From Candidatus Saccharimonadales bacterium (GTDB lineage Bacteria; Patescibacteriota; Saccharimonadia; Saccharimonadales; Saccharimonadaceae): 64,000 nucleotides of DNA. Position numbers and translations under genes: made by a program. Position 1 is the first letter of the stretch; every line of letters begins with the position of its first letter. The notes below the pieces were generated by a model. It ran no database searches. It worked only from the letters and a program-made list of their open reading frames with translations, and was not told where the DNA came from. The stretch spans positions 7,192-71,191 of the forward strand of contig JBKGVB010000033.1 in assembly GCA_046462475.1 (NCBI GenBank). Direction: 5' to 3'. This document shows, piece after piece, positions 7,737 to 19,476 of the stretch.

Positions 7737-8681
7737 ATGACATCATTTTGGCGAGACCTACCACAACCTTTCTTTATTTTGGCCCCAATGGAGGCTGTAA
7801 CTGATGTTGTGTTTCGTCATGTAGTCGAAGAGGCGAGCGCCCCAGACCTTTATTTTACTGAGTTTACGAACGCCACGGGATGGGTTCATGCTGGCGATAA
7901 AGCTATTGGCGGACGCCTCGTAAAAACCGAGGACGAGACAAAGCTGGTCGCACAGCTGTGGGGTGCTGTACCCGAAGACATGGCAAAGCTTGCCACGCGC
8001 TGCCGCGAGCTCGGCTACCTTGGTGTTGACATCAACATGGGCTGCCCAGACTCTTCTGCCGTCAAAGCTGGCGGTGGCGCGGCAATGTGTCGCACCCCAG
8101 AACTTGCCGGAGAAATGATCGCAGCCGCAAAAACAAGCGGACTGCCAACCTCGGTAAAATGTCGACTCGGCTATAGTCAAGTTACTGAATGGCGCGAGTG
8201 GCTCACATTCTTATTCCAGCAGGATGTCGAAAATCTCACCATACACCTCCGCACAAAAAAAGAAATGAGCAAAGTTCCTGCCCATTTTGAATTAATCCCA
8301 GAAATTGTCGCCTTGCGCGATGAGATTGCTCCACAGACTTTACTTACCATTAACGGAGATATCGAAGACAGGGAACAGGGTCTTCGTCTGGTCAAAGAAA
8401 ATCCTGGTGTCAACGGTGTCATGATCGGCCGTGGAGTTTTCCATAATCCATTTTGCTTTGAAACCAACTCAACCACACACAGTCGAGAAGAGTTACTTAC
8501 CCTCCTCAAGCTTCAACTTGATTTATATGATCAGTATTCCAGCCACACCCGTCGACCATTCGAGACGCTGAAACGTTTTTTCAAAATCTATGTCAACAGC
8601 TTTGAGGGTGCCGCAGAACTGCGCGACAAGCTGATGCACACGAAAACTACTGACGAAGTGCGCGCACTTATTTCTGAGTAA
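7737..8681 (+). CDS. dus: tRNA-dihydrouridine synthase
   Basis: FILAPMEAVTDVVFR and GVDINMGCP motifs, with TIM-barrel Dus family length. Confidence 0.85.
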   Translation: MTSFWRDLPQPFFILAPMEAVTDVVFRHVVEEASAPDLYFTEFTNATGWVHAGDKAIGGRLVKTEDETKLVAQLWGAVPEDMAKLATRCRELGYLGVDINMGCPDSSAVKAGGGAAMCRTPELAGEMIAAAKTSGLPTSVKCRLGYSQVTEWREWLTFLFQQDVENLTIHLRTKKEMSKVPAHFELIPEIVALRDEIAPQTLLTINGDIEDREQGLRLVKENPGVNGVMIGRGVFHNPFCFETNSTTHSREELLTLLKLQLDLYDQYSSHTRRPFETLKRFFKIYVNSFEGAAELRDKLMHTKTTDEVRALISE

Positions 8682-9018
8682 GCTGATCAATCTTCTCGTG
8701 CAGTGCATCAACAGATGACTGCAATTGATCATGTTTCTTGTGCAGCTCTCTAATATTTTTCACATGTACCGCACCAGCGCCCGCAGCTAAACTCGCGCCC
8801 AGAGCACTCAAAACATTCGTATAATTACCAAAAATAAGCTGCAGGTCATTTGACGGCGCGAGCTGCGGATACACAAGACCAATCAAACCAAAACCCACTA
8901 GATAGACAAATAGAAAAAGGAATATAAAAATCGACGGCAACGAGCTTAGTAAGCTTGGAATTTTATTCAGTGCTTTTTTGAGGAATATCATTACCTCGAT
9001 TATACGCCGGAGGCACAA
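8668..9018 (-). CDS. Small membrane protein with a C-terminal coiled-coil tail
   Basis: Two hydrophobic helices followed by KKHDQLQSSVDALHEKIDQLTQK. Converges on dus with a 14-nt overlap. Confidence 0.5.
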   Translation of the reverse strand: MCLRRIIEVMIFLKKALNKIPSLLSSLPSIFIFLFLFVYLVGFGLIGLVYPQLAPSNDLQLIFGNYTNVLSALGASLAAGAGAVHVKNIRELHKKHDQLQSSVDALHEKIDQLTQK

Positions 9019-9039
9019 AACAAGCTACTGTAGGTGTCG

Positions 9040-9461
9040 CTAACGACGGTGTCGACGACGCAAGCCGGCTACATTTAAGCGAACCTGATGGCGATCGACT
9101 AGCTGCGTAGCTTTCTCAAGCTCAACTGCATTTGTGGCATTCTTCTGAAGTTCAAGCGCCTTCTCAAGTGCTGCTTTCGACTCGGCTTCGATAATATCAT
9201 CGCCGTGATCCGCCTCATCGACAAGCACGCGAACACGCTTCTGGTCGATTTCAATCACACCACCAGAAACGGCAAAATATTCGAGTAGATCATCTGGATC
9301 ATTCTTCTTATAGCGAACCGTGATGGCCCCTGGCACTGCAACCGAAACAAGCGGTTCGTGCCCAGGGAACACACCGATAGGACCCGCCTTCGTCGGCAGC
9401 TGAACTTCGTACACATCTTTTGAAAGCTGTACGCCCAGGAGTGTTACGAGTTCGAGTTTCA

Positions 9462-9462
<1 letters not shown>
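9040..9462 (-). CDS. atpC: F1 ATP synthase epsilon subunit
   Basis: Last gene of the atp operon. Epsilon-like N-terminus (LELVTL...GPIGVFPGHEPLV). Confidence 0.85.
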
Positions 9463-11718
<2,256 letters not shown>

Positions 11719-11883
11719 TTACGCCTTCCCCTCATCAGTGTCAACCAGGTGTCGGGCCGCCTCAGCAAGCTTAGCAATTCCTTCGGGAGAAAGGACTCGA
11801 AGCGACTCAAGGATTTCAACCCTATTTTGCTTAGACTCGATAGGACCGACCGTCCTTGATTCTGCGTTTTCGATGCCCGTCAT
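11719..11883 (-). CDS. 54-aa ORF wedged between atpA and atpG
   Basis: ATG at 11883 with GAGGA 7 nt upstream. Its TAA (11719-11721) abuts the atpG ATG (11718). Translation: MTGIENAESRTVGPIESKQNRVEILESLRVLSPEGIAKLAEAARHLVDTDEGKA. Confidence 0.5.
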   Translation of the reverse strand: MTGIENAESRTVGPIESKQNRVEILESLRVLSPEGIAKLAEAARHLVDTDEGKA

Positions 11884-11886
11884 GGC

Positions 11887-13422
11887 CTAGTCCTCAAACC
11901 CCTTTGCAGCAGATTTGGCAACTTTTTCGATAAGCTTTGCCACCTTAGAGTCTGATTCAACTTTCTCAGAGCCCTTGTTGAGTTCGCGCATCTCGGCTTT
12001 GTGATCAGTCCAGAGCTTTGTGAGAAGCGCCGCCTGCGCATCTTTAATCTTCGCAACAGGGACGTTGTCAAAGCAGCTTGCATCTACCGCGTAGATTGAC
12101 GCACATTGCTCCCAGATACTCATAGGCTGGTACTGTGACTGCTTGAGGAGTTCAGTGAGACGCTGACCGCGATCGATTTGCTTCTTTGTTTCTTCGTCTA
12201 GATCAGAACCAAACTGCGCAAATGAGGCGAGCTCACGGAATTGAGAAAGACCAAGCTTGAGGTGACCAGAGACCGATTTAACCGCCTTTGTCTGTGCGTC
12301 ACCACCGACACGAGAAACAGAGAGGCCGGCCGAGATAGCTGGACGAATACCCTGATAGAAGAGATCTGTTTCCATGAAAATCTGACCGTCGGTGATCGAG
12401 ATCACGTTGGTTGGGATGTAGGCAGAAATATCACCAGCCTGCGTCTCGATAATAGGCAAGGCAGTCAGTGAACCGCCACCGAGCTTGTCGCTCAGCTTCG
12501 CTGAACGCTCAAGAAGACGAGAGTGAAGGTAGAAGACGTCACCAGGAAAAGCTTCACGTCCCGGTGGACGACGAAGAAGGAGTGACATTTGTCGATAGGC
12601 AACAGCGTGCTTCGTCAGGTCATCATAAATCATCAATGCATGACCGCCCTTATCGCGGAAGTATTCACCCATAGCTGTACCAGCATATGGCGCAAGGTAG
12701 AGCAGGGAAGCTGGATCAGCCGGGCCAGTCGCAACGACAATAGTTTGCTCCATCACACCTTCAGCCTTGAGGCGCTCAACCAGACGAGCTACCTTTGAAA
12801 GTTTCTGTCCAATCGCTACATAGACGTTCACGATATCAGATTTCTGACGCGCTTGGTTGATCATTGTATCAACCGCGATCGCCGTCTTACCGGTCTGGCG
12901 GTCGCCAATAATAAGCTCACGCTGGCCACGACCGATAGGGAACATTGCGTCAATCGCCATAATACCGGTCATCATTGGCTCATTCACGTGCTTACGGCCA
13001 ATCACACCGACCGCTTCACGCTCTACAAGACCAGTTTGCTTCGTCTTGATCGCAGGACCACCATCGAGCGGACGACCCAGTGGGTCAACTACACGACCCA
13101 GAAGTTCTTCACCGACGGGCACTTCGAGTACTTGTCCTTTGAGGCGAACCGTATTGCCAGCGGCAACCTGGCTATCGTCACCGAGAATAACCGCACCAAT
13201 CTGATCTTCCTCAAGGTTGAGGGCAAATGCTTCAACTACGCCACTAGGAGTGTCGATCTCGAGCACTTCGCTATAACCCGCATCAGCAAGCCCGTGTACC
13301 CAAGCAACACCATCACCAACGCGGATGACAACACCAGCTGATTTTAGGCCTTCAGTCTTCTCGAGTTTTGCAATCGCCGCCTCGAGATCTTTCGATAATT
13401 CTTGTACTTTTAGTTCTGCCAT
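11887..13422 (-). CDS. atpA: F1 ATP synthase alpha subunit
   Basis: [10 protein letters not shown]-loop and alpha-subunit signature regions. Confidence 0.95.
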   Translation of the reverse strand: MAELKVQELSKDLEAAIAKLEKTEGLKSAGVVIRVGDGVAWVHGLADAGYSEVLEIDTPSGVVEAFALNLEEDQIGAVILGDDSQVAAGNTVRLKGQVLEVPVGEELLGRVVDPLGRPLDGGPAIKTKQTGLVEREAVGVIGRKHVNEPMMTGIMAIDAMFPIGRGQRELIIGDRQTGKTAIAVDTMINQARQKSDIVNVYVAIGQKLSKVARLVERLKAEGVMEQTIVVATGPADPASLLYLAPYAGTAMGEYFRDKGGHALMIYDDLTKHAVAYRQMSLLLRRPPGREAFPGDVFYLHSRLLERSAKLSDKLGGGSLTALPIIETQAGDISAYIPTNVISITDGQIFMETDLFYQGIRPAISAGLSVSRVGGDAQTKAVKSVSGHLKLGLSQFRELASFAQFGSDLDEETKKQIDRGQRLTELLKQSQYQPMSIWEQCASIYAVDASCFDNVPVAKIKDAQAALLTKLWTDHKAEMRELNKGSEKVESDSKVAKLIEKVAKSAAKGFED

Positions 13423-13438
13423 ATTATTTCCGTTCCTC

Positions 13439-13828
13439 CTAATTGACTGTCAAGCTCTCTAATTTTGTCTTTACCGTTGCATCAAGCACCGCGTTTGGCA
13501 AGGCAATTCGCACGCCACCAAGCACACTTTCATCGATTTCCTCGTGTAACTCTACATCCTGAACATTTGCATAGTGTGCTTTTATAAACTGCTCGATATC
13601 ACTTTTCGCTTCCGTAGATAATGGTCGAGCTACCATCACGGCAGCTACCGCCTTACCTCGAGAGAGCAGGGCAGTCTGAATATCGCGCACGATCAGTTCG
13701 GCCTCTTTCGTACGACCCGATTCGATCAGATACGCCGCGAGCTGTTCAAGCACTGATGTCTTATTCTCCATCAGTTGGTCGGCTGCATATTCAGCTAGTT
13801 TTCGGCGTGAGAGCTTAGCGGAAGCCAT
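13439..13828 (-). CDS. atpH: F1 ATP synthase delta (OSCP) subunit, short form (129 aa)
   Basis: Operon position between atpF and atpA. C-terminal OSCP-like motif [17 protein letters not shown]. Confidence 0.75.
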   Translation of the reverse strand: MASAKLSRRKLAEYAADQLMENKTSVLEQLAAYLIESGRTKEAELIVRDIQTALLSRGKAVAAVMVARPLSTEAKSDIEQFIKAHYANVQDVELHEEIDESVLGGVRIALPNAVLDATVKTKLESLTVN

Positions 13829-13829
13829 A

Positions 13830-14366
13830 TTATTTTTTAGCCTCCTCGACTGATTTCTTCACGATTGCTGCATCTATCTTGCTATCCGCCACACTTCCGA
13901 TCGTGAGACCGGCGGCCTTCTTTACGAGATTGAGCGTATCTTTCTCAAGCGCCTTACGCGCAGCCAACACATCTTTCTGAATACCTTCATGTGCTTCTGC
14001 AACAATCCGATCCGCTCGCTCTTTGGCTTTTGTATCTGCCGTTTCTGTAATCTGTGATGCTTCAGCCTTGGCAGTTGCCACGATATCAGCCGCTTCTTTG
14101 CGAGCTTGCTTGAGAGCATCTTCTACATTCGCTTCAGCTTTCTCAGCTTTCTCGCGAGCTTCTTCGGCAGCCTTAGCTGTCTCTTCGATTTTCTCCTGAC
14201 GATCATCGACCGCCTTCAGGAGGATTGGGAAGACGAACTTGCCAAGTAGCAAAACGAGGATAACGAAAGCGATGATCTGGAAGATAAGTAACTTCCAGTC
14301 GATGCCAAGCGCTGAAAAGAGATTCGATGATCCCGCTTCTGCAAAGTAATTACTATTAGTAAACAT
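13830..14366 (-). CDS. atpF: Fo ATP synthase b subunit
   Basis: One N-terminal TM helix followed by a long charged coiled coil. Operon position supports the call. Confidence 0.85.
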   Translation of the reverse strand: MFTNSNYFAEAGSSNLFSALGIDWKLLIFQIIAFVILVLLLGKFVFPILLKAVDDRQEKIEETAKAAEEAREKAEKAEANVEDALKQARKEAADIVATAKAEASQITETADTKAKERADRIVAEAHEGIQKDVLAARKALEKDTLNLVKKAAGLTIGSVADSKIDAAIVKKSVEEAKK

Positions 14367-14380
14367 CTAGTCGCTTGCTC

Positions 14381-14593
14381 CTAGATAAATTTCGCGATAA
14401 TCGCTACGACGATACCAATAATAGCGAGTGAGTCGGCGAAGACGATGGCTGTAATCATCAATGTACGGATGTTACCGAGCTGCTCTGGATTACGACCAAA
14501 TGCGTTCAACGCTCCCATGCCAATAAAGCCGATGCCCATAGCGGCACCAAGTGCTGGCAAACCGTATGTAAGACCAAATGCTAATGCGTCCAT
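14381..14593 (-). CDS. atpE: Fo ATP synthase c subunit
   Basis: 70-aa hairpin proteolipid with a GRNPE loop and a carboxylate in helix 2 (FADSLAI). Confidence 0.9.
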   Translation of the reverse strand: MDALAFGLTYGLPALGAAMGIGFIGMGALNAFGRNPEQLGNIRTLMITAIVFADSLAIIGIVVAIIAKFI

Positions 14594-14689
14594 ATTATTT
14601 ATTTACTCCTTTAATTTATTACCTTTATTGTATCATCCTCATATCTGATCAGGCGAGGCACCTCTATAGTCACTATCTTTATCGAGTAA

Positions 14690-15499
14690 CTACACGGGCG
14701 CGTCGCCTTCCTGTTTTTGAGCAGACTGAGAATGATCATGTGAACCACCGTGGACCTCGACAGCAAGGCCTGTGAAGATAACGGTCAGAATAAAGAAAAC
14801 GTATGACTGAATAAATCCAATAAACAGCTCGAACGCCATGAAGGCAGGAAGGAGCGCTACCGATAGCCAGCTCGTCAATACAGCAATAATCAGCAGAAGG
14901 ATTTCACCAGCAAAACAGTTTCCAAACAGACGAAGCGAGAGAGCAGTGTAGCGTGAGATCTCCCCAATAAACTCAAGAATGCCTTCAAATGAGCCGATAG
15001 GATCCTTCAATGGATTACGCAAATAACGCTTCGCGTTGCCGACTGGCCCATGCACCTTCCAAGCAAAGAACTGCACGACAACTAGCACGATAATTGCCAT
15101 TGCAAATGTAAAGTTAAGGTCTGCCGCAATCGAGCGAAGCAGCGGTACATCATGCACTCGTACTGAGTCGAGTCCTGGCAGCACACTCATCCAATAGGAG
15201 ATGAGCGTGAAAAAGAAAATAGTTAGAGCAAGAGGAGCGACCTGCCGCGCAAGTTTTTTATCTGGGATGACACTCTCTACCTGGCTCAGCATTCCTTCGA
15301 ACGTCCACTGGACCAGCCCTACGAAACGATTGTACTTTCCGCGCTTTACCATGCCGACAACATAAAAGAGGATTGCGAGTAACATAACCAACCCTACTGC
15401 GCCAGTAATCATAGCATTCGTAATTGGCACGCCAAGCACCGTAAAGACTTCTTGCGAAGCAAGGTGAATTTCGATACCAGTTGCGAAATTAGTTATCAT
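14690..15499 (-). CDS. atpB: Fo ATP synthase a subunit
   Basis: Polytopic membrane protein with LSLRLFGNCFAGE (conserved Arg motif). Operon position supports the call. Confidence 0.9.
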   Translation of the reverse strand: MITNFATGIEIHLASQEVFTVLGVPITNAMITGAVGLVMLLAILFYVVGMVKRGKYNRFVGLVQWTFEGMLSQVESVIPDKKLARQVAPLALTIFFFTLISYWMSVLPGLDSVRVHDVPLLRSIAADLNFTFAMAIIVLVVVQFFAWKVHGPVGNAKRYLRNPLKDPIGSFEGILEFIGEISRYTALSLRLFGNCFAGEILLLIIAVLTSWLSVALLPAFMAFELFIGFIQSYVFFILTVIFTGLAVEVHGGSHDHSQSAQKQEGDAPV

Positions 15500-15756
15500 T
15501 TAGAATCCCTTCCTATTTTTCGAAATTGCGCCCGGACTAATAATGCAGCTAGACCGACACCAACCACTATTCCTACGATCATTAGCCATGGCTTTGTATG
15601 CCACGCCGTATCACCCCAAAAGCCAAGACCTAAGAACAGTAGAATGGGAACAAACATCCGCCATGTAGTATCAGCAATGTCCCCAAGCAATAAAATGACC
15701 GTCGATGAAGTCGGCGGGCGTTTCGTCTCATCGCTTTTGTTACTTAGCGTACTCAT
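15496..15756 (-). CDS. AtpZ/AtpI-like small membrane protein of the atp operon
   Basis: Two TM helices (TTWRMFVPILLFLGLGFWGD...PWLMIVGIVVGVGLAALL). ATGA overlap with atpB. Start trimmed to the ATG at 15756 to avoid overlapping the upstream gene. Confidence 0.6.
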   Translation of the reverse strand: MSTLSNKSDETKRPPTSSTVILLLGDIADTTWRMFVPILLFLGLGFWGDTAWHTKPWLMIVGIVVGVGLAALLVRAQFRKIGRDSK

Positions 15757-15805
15757 ACGATACAGTGAAAGTATAGCAGTATATCGATATCCTGTACATA
15801 GTGCG

Positions 15806-17497
15806 TCAGTAAGATAATGCCGTTTGAGTACCACCGACAACCGGCGTACGAGAACCACTGTTCGTGCCATTGCCATAGTTCCCATCCGCGTTCCATCCCC
15901 AGCAATACATCTGGTTGCTAGAACTTAGAGCACATGTCGTCGATCTACCAGCCGAAGCGGATGCCAAGGTCTTGCCCGATAAGGCTCCAGAAGTATCGAC
16001 AGCAACAGGGACGAGCGAGGAGGTTATAAATGAAGAAGTACCGAGTTGGCCTGCACCATTACCCCCCCAGCATGCCATTTGATTGTCAGCTGTAATCACA
16101 CAACCATGCTGTCCGCTATGCGTAATCCCCGTTATTGTCTTGCCCGACAGCACCCCTGAAACAGACACAGCGATCGGCACGCTAGAAGAACTCGCCGTAC
16201 CGCTACCCAGCTCACCGTTCGAGCCAAAGCCCCAGCAGTACGCTTTATTATCGGAGGCGATGACACAAGTGTCACTAAACCCGGTTACGAGCTGCTTGAT
16301 TGTTTTCCCTGACAGAGCTCCCGTAGTAGTAACGGCAACTGGCGCATTAGAAGTCGTCGAGGCAACACCGTTCCCAAGTGAGCCACTACTGGTTGCTCCC
16401 CAGCAGTAGGCATTGTTGTCCGAGGCGACAACGCAACCGCCGAACTCACCTAGGCTAACTTGCTTGACGGTCTTGCCCGCTAACGCACCGCCAGTATAGA
16501 CAGGTGAGGGCACGTAGCTGCTCGTCCCGCTGTTATCACCAATCCTACCCCCATTACCGAATCCCCAGCAGTAAGCATTGTTGTCAGAGGCGACAACACA
16601 TGCACCATAAATACCGACAGCAATTTGTTTCACTGTCTTGTTTCTCAGTGCTCCGGAGTTCGTGACCGCCACTGGTACATTCGACGCAGTATTCTGACCA
16701 TCACCGAGAGAACCATAGTAGTTGTAGCCCCAACAATATGCATTATCATCGGAGGCAATCACACAGGTAATATTTCCTCCAGCGCTAATTGCCTTGATCG
16801 TTAAGTTTTTTAACACCCCTCCGGTATATACAGGCGTAGGCACATAAGCATCGGAATTAGATCCATTACCAAGCTGCCCATAATCATTCTTCCCCCAGCA
16901 ATATGCTTGAGCAGTTACTGATATACCGCATGTGTAGCTTGCATTTATCCCAAGTGTTACCTGCGTCCATCCAAATTTCACAACCCCAGTAATATTTTGA
17001 TTATAGCTCTGCCACACTGCGCCATTGCTCGACCTCAGCAGTTGCACAGTTCCGTTAACCGGAATCGTATACGATCCATCCGAATTAAATGTCGCCGTTC
17101 CCACCGAGAACGTAGTCCGTGCATTTCCATTACTGAGTACGTAGCAGCTCGGAGTATCCGTCGAGCAAGCCACACCCCCTCCACAGTCCGTATTAGGACG
17201 AAGAGGGGAAGTATTAGACCATGTCGGTGTGCTCGTACCGTTTGCGATACACGCCTTCGCCATCGTAAGCCCTGCTTCCGCAGCTTCCTTGGCAAGCTTG
17301 TTATAGTACTGGGCATTGATCGAAGCTGTAATAGAACCGACTGAAGCAAGTGTAACCGTTAAGAGAAGCATCATGACCACTGAGGCGATCAGCACCGTTG
17401 GCAGAGCAAATGCCGGGGAATAATGCTTGCGGTTTAACAACATATACCTTATAGTAGCCGCTAACTCCATTGACTGCAATATGCGTTTACTGTACAA
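15806..17497 (-). CDS. RCC1-repeat seven-bladed beta-propeller protein with a pilin/PilX-like hydrophobic N-terminal anchor
   Basis: Seven repeats of (A/M)(Y/A)CWG.N..G.LG. N-terminus ...SPAFALPTVLIASVVMMLLL. Start uncertain: TTG at 17497, ATG at 17470 or ATG at 17443. Confidence 0.75.
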   Translation of the reverse strand: MYSKRILQSMELAATIRYMLLNRKHYSPAFALPTVLIASVVMMLLLTVTLASVGSITASINAQYYNKLAKEAAEAGLTMAKACIANGTSTPTWSNTSPLRPNTDCGGGVACSTDTPSCYVLSNGNARTTFSVGTATFNSDGSYTIPVNGTVQLLRSSNGAVWQSYNQNITGVVKFGWTQVTLGINASYTCGISVTAQAYCWGKNDYGQLGNGSNSDAYVPTPVYTGGVLKNLTIKAISAGGNITCVIASDDNAYCWGYNYYGSLGDGQNTASNVPVAVTNSGALRNKTVKQIAVGIYGACVVASDNNAYCWGFGNGGRIGDNSGTSSYVPSPVYTGGALAGKTVKQVSLGEFGGCVVASDNNAYCWGATSSGSLGNGVASTTSNAPVAVTTTGALSGKTIKQLVTGFSDTCVIASDNKAYCWGFGSNGELGSGTASSSSVPIAVSVSGVLSGKTITGITHSGQHGCVITADNQMACWGGNGAGQLGTSSFITSSLVPVAVDTSGALSGKTLASASAGRSTTCALSSSNQMYCWGWNADGNYGNGTNSGSRTPVVGGTQTALSY

Positions 17498-17534
17498 TGT
17501 ATAGTAAATAGAATAACCGCAAGGGGAATTAGAG

Positions 17535-17810
17535 ATGGCAGATTCTAACGATTCAAAAAAAGTAACAATCTACACGACAAGTTGGTGCGCATTCTGTGCG
17601 ACTGAGAAGCAATGGCTCGACCGTCTTGGTGTTGCGTATGAAAGCAAGAATATCGAAGAAGATGAAGCTGCAAACGCAGAACTGCTCGAAAAAGTCGGCG
17701 GCAACTTCCAGGGAGTTCCAGTTACCGATATCGCTGGCGACGTCATTCTCGGCTTCGACCGACCAAAACTCCAAGCTGCTCTCGAGAAGAACCAGCTCGT
17801 CGCTGCCTAA
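17535..17810 (+). CDS. Glutaredoxin/NrdH-like thioredoxin-fold protein
   Basis: The N-terminal motif is VTIYTTSWCAFC (CxxC). The protein is 91 aa and has a GVPV motif. Confidence 0.8.
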   Translation: MADSNDSKKVTIYTTSWCAFCATEKQWLDRLGVAYESKNIEEDEAANAELLEKVGGNFQGVPVTDIAGDVILGFDRPKLQAALEKNQLVAA

Positions 17811-17831
17811 TTTGTTTAGTGGTTTATCTAC

Positions 17832-17865
17832 GTGCGTATCTTAACAGGATGCGCACTTTTCTTTT
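17832..17865 (+). terminator. Rho-independent terminator
   Basis: GTGCGTATC-ttaacag-GATGCGCAC followed by TTTTCTTTT. Confidence 0.65.
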
Positions 17866-17937
17866 GGCAGCAAGATCACCCAATATACCATCCCGCTGTC
17901 GCTTGCAATCGAAAAGCCCGAGTACCATACTTCTACT

Positions 17938-19476
17938 ATGGAAAAGCAATCTAATTTCTCTCAAAAAACTCAAGATGTCTTTCTTGGCCGACATACCGAT
18001 ATAGTTCTCCCGACCGACGACATCATCAATGAACGGTTAACCTCCCACCAAGAAAGCATTCAAACATATCTTCACTGCGTAGATCAGGACCAACTGCCAT
18101 ATCCGACCCAAGAGGTAAGCTTGGAGTCATGGCGACCACATGGCGACGCTGATCATAAATTCTCTGGAATTTTATCTTTTAGCCCACTATCATTCGAGAA
18201 CAACCCCGGCGCCCCGTGGCCTCAAGCCTGCATGGATCACGTCCACCAAGTGCTCACTCAGTATGATTACACTGGCCTTTATGCTCTGCTTCATGATCGC
18301 CAGTCTATATACATTCCGCTCGATGCGGCGTACGTAGCTCGTATCCATTTCACTTCCGGACCTGATGAATGCCAAATTGCGATTACGACCGAAAACGCCA
18401 TGGAGATCGAGGATAAGCTCAATGTTCCAAAGGGAGCGCTTATTAATGGTACCCGGCCTGTCCAAGCGGATGCTGTCGATAAATTACATCACATCGCAAC
18501 GATTTTAGGGATTAGCATTGAAGCTGTCCGAGAACTCTACGGAGCGCCCCCAAAGCATCACAAAAAATTTACCATTATGCCAGTTGCGGCAACACCAAGC
18601 GTCACACAGGAGTCAGAGCCTCAGATTGCTGTAGAATATCAGCCAATTCTCGATGAAGATGAGCTCCAGAGAGGACTCGACCACGTGGGCGGAGCATTTC
18701 ATGCAAAGCACGTACTCCACGAGATAGCCAGCGTGTTCCAGCACAAAGAACAGGCAAAACAGTTAGGCATTTATCCCGAACACATCCTCCTTCATGGCCC
18801 TTCTGGAACAGGCAAGACAAGTCTCGCACGAGCTTTTGCACATGAGATAAAGGCGACACTTATCGAAGTGTCGTCGACAGATATCGTCAGTAAATGGGTC
18901 GGCGATTCTGGAAAGAACCTCGCAGAAAAATTTACCGACGCAACCAGAACTCCTGGCAATGTTGTCCTTTTCTTCGATGAGTTCGATACGATCGCTAAAG
19001 CCGACATGCGCGGAACTTCCGAGCGCGATGATATTAAAAGACTGCTCAATATACATCTCGACGAACTCACGCATAAGCATCCAAACATCATCGTCATCGG
19101 TACGACAAATCTTGATATTGATGCCATCGAGCCATCCCTTACTCGCTCAGGAAGAATGCGCACAATCAATGTCCCGGCACCGACAAAAGATGAGCGACTC
19201 GATATTTGGGGATGTCTATTCACAGAGTCTCAAGCCCTCCTGGACGATACCGCCTACACGTTTCCATTCTCAGAAAACTCCAATACACCAATCTATACTG
19301 AGGGCATTAAACTTGAAGCTCTCGCCGACGCCACGCATGACATGACCGGAGCTGACATCGCAACAATCCTCAATCTTGCGAGGCGCAAGAAGTTCTTCGA
19401 ATGGACACAGACAGGAACGAGATCATCAATAACGCACGACGATCTCTTGCAGGCAATTACTACGTATCGCCGTTAG
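17938..19476 (+). CDS. Classic-clade AAA+ ATPase with an uncharacterised ~270-aa N-terminal domain
   Basis: Walker A GPSGTGKT, Walker B VLFFDEFD and second region of homology SLTRSGRM. No motif recognised in the N-terminal half. Confidence 0.8.
   Translation: MEKQSNFSQKTQDVFLGRHTDIVLPTDDIINERLTSHQESIQTYLHCVDQDQLPYPTQEVSLESWRPHGDADHKFSGILSFSPLSFENNPGAPWPQACMDHVHQVLTQYDYTGLYALLHDRQSIYIPLDAAYVARIHFTSGPDECQIAITTENAMEIEDKLNVPKGALINGTRPVQADAVDKLHHIATILGISIEAVRELYGAPPKHHKKFTIMPVAATPSVTQESEPQIAVEYQPILDEDELQRGLDHVGGAFHAKHVLHEIASVFQHKEQAKQLGIYPEHILLHGPSGTGKTSLARAFAHEIKATLIEVSSTDIVSKWVGDSGKNLAEKFTDATRTPGNVVLFFDEFDTIAKADMRGTSERDDIKRLLNIHLDELTHKHPNIIVIGTTNLDIDAIEPSLTRSGRMRTINVPAPTKDERLDIWGCLFTESQALLDDTAYTFPFSENSNTPIYTEGIKLEALADATHDMTGADIATILNLARRKKFFEWTQTGTRSSITHDDLLQAITTYRR

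Noticed and set aside
12853-13341. Antisense ORFs inside atpA. Similar cases lie at 20547-21128, 34268-34927, 47917-48576 and 56182-56754.
   Set aside because: Each lies opposite a gene with strong family motifs and has a low-complexity or Ser/Arg-rich translation.
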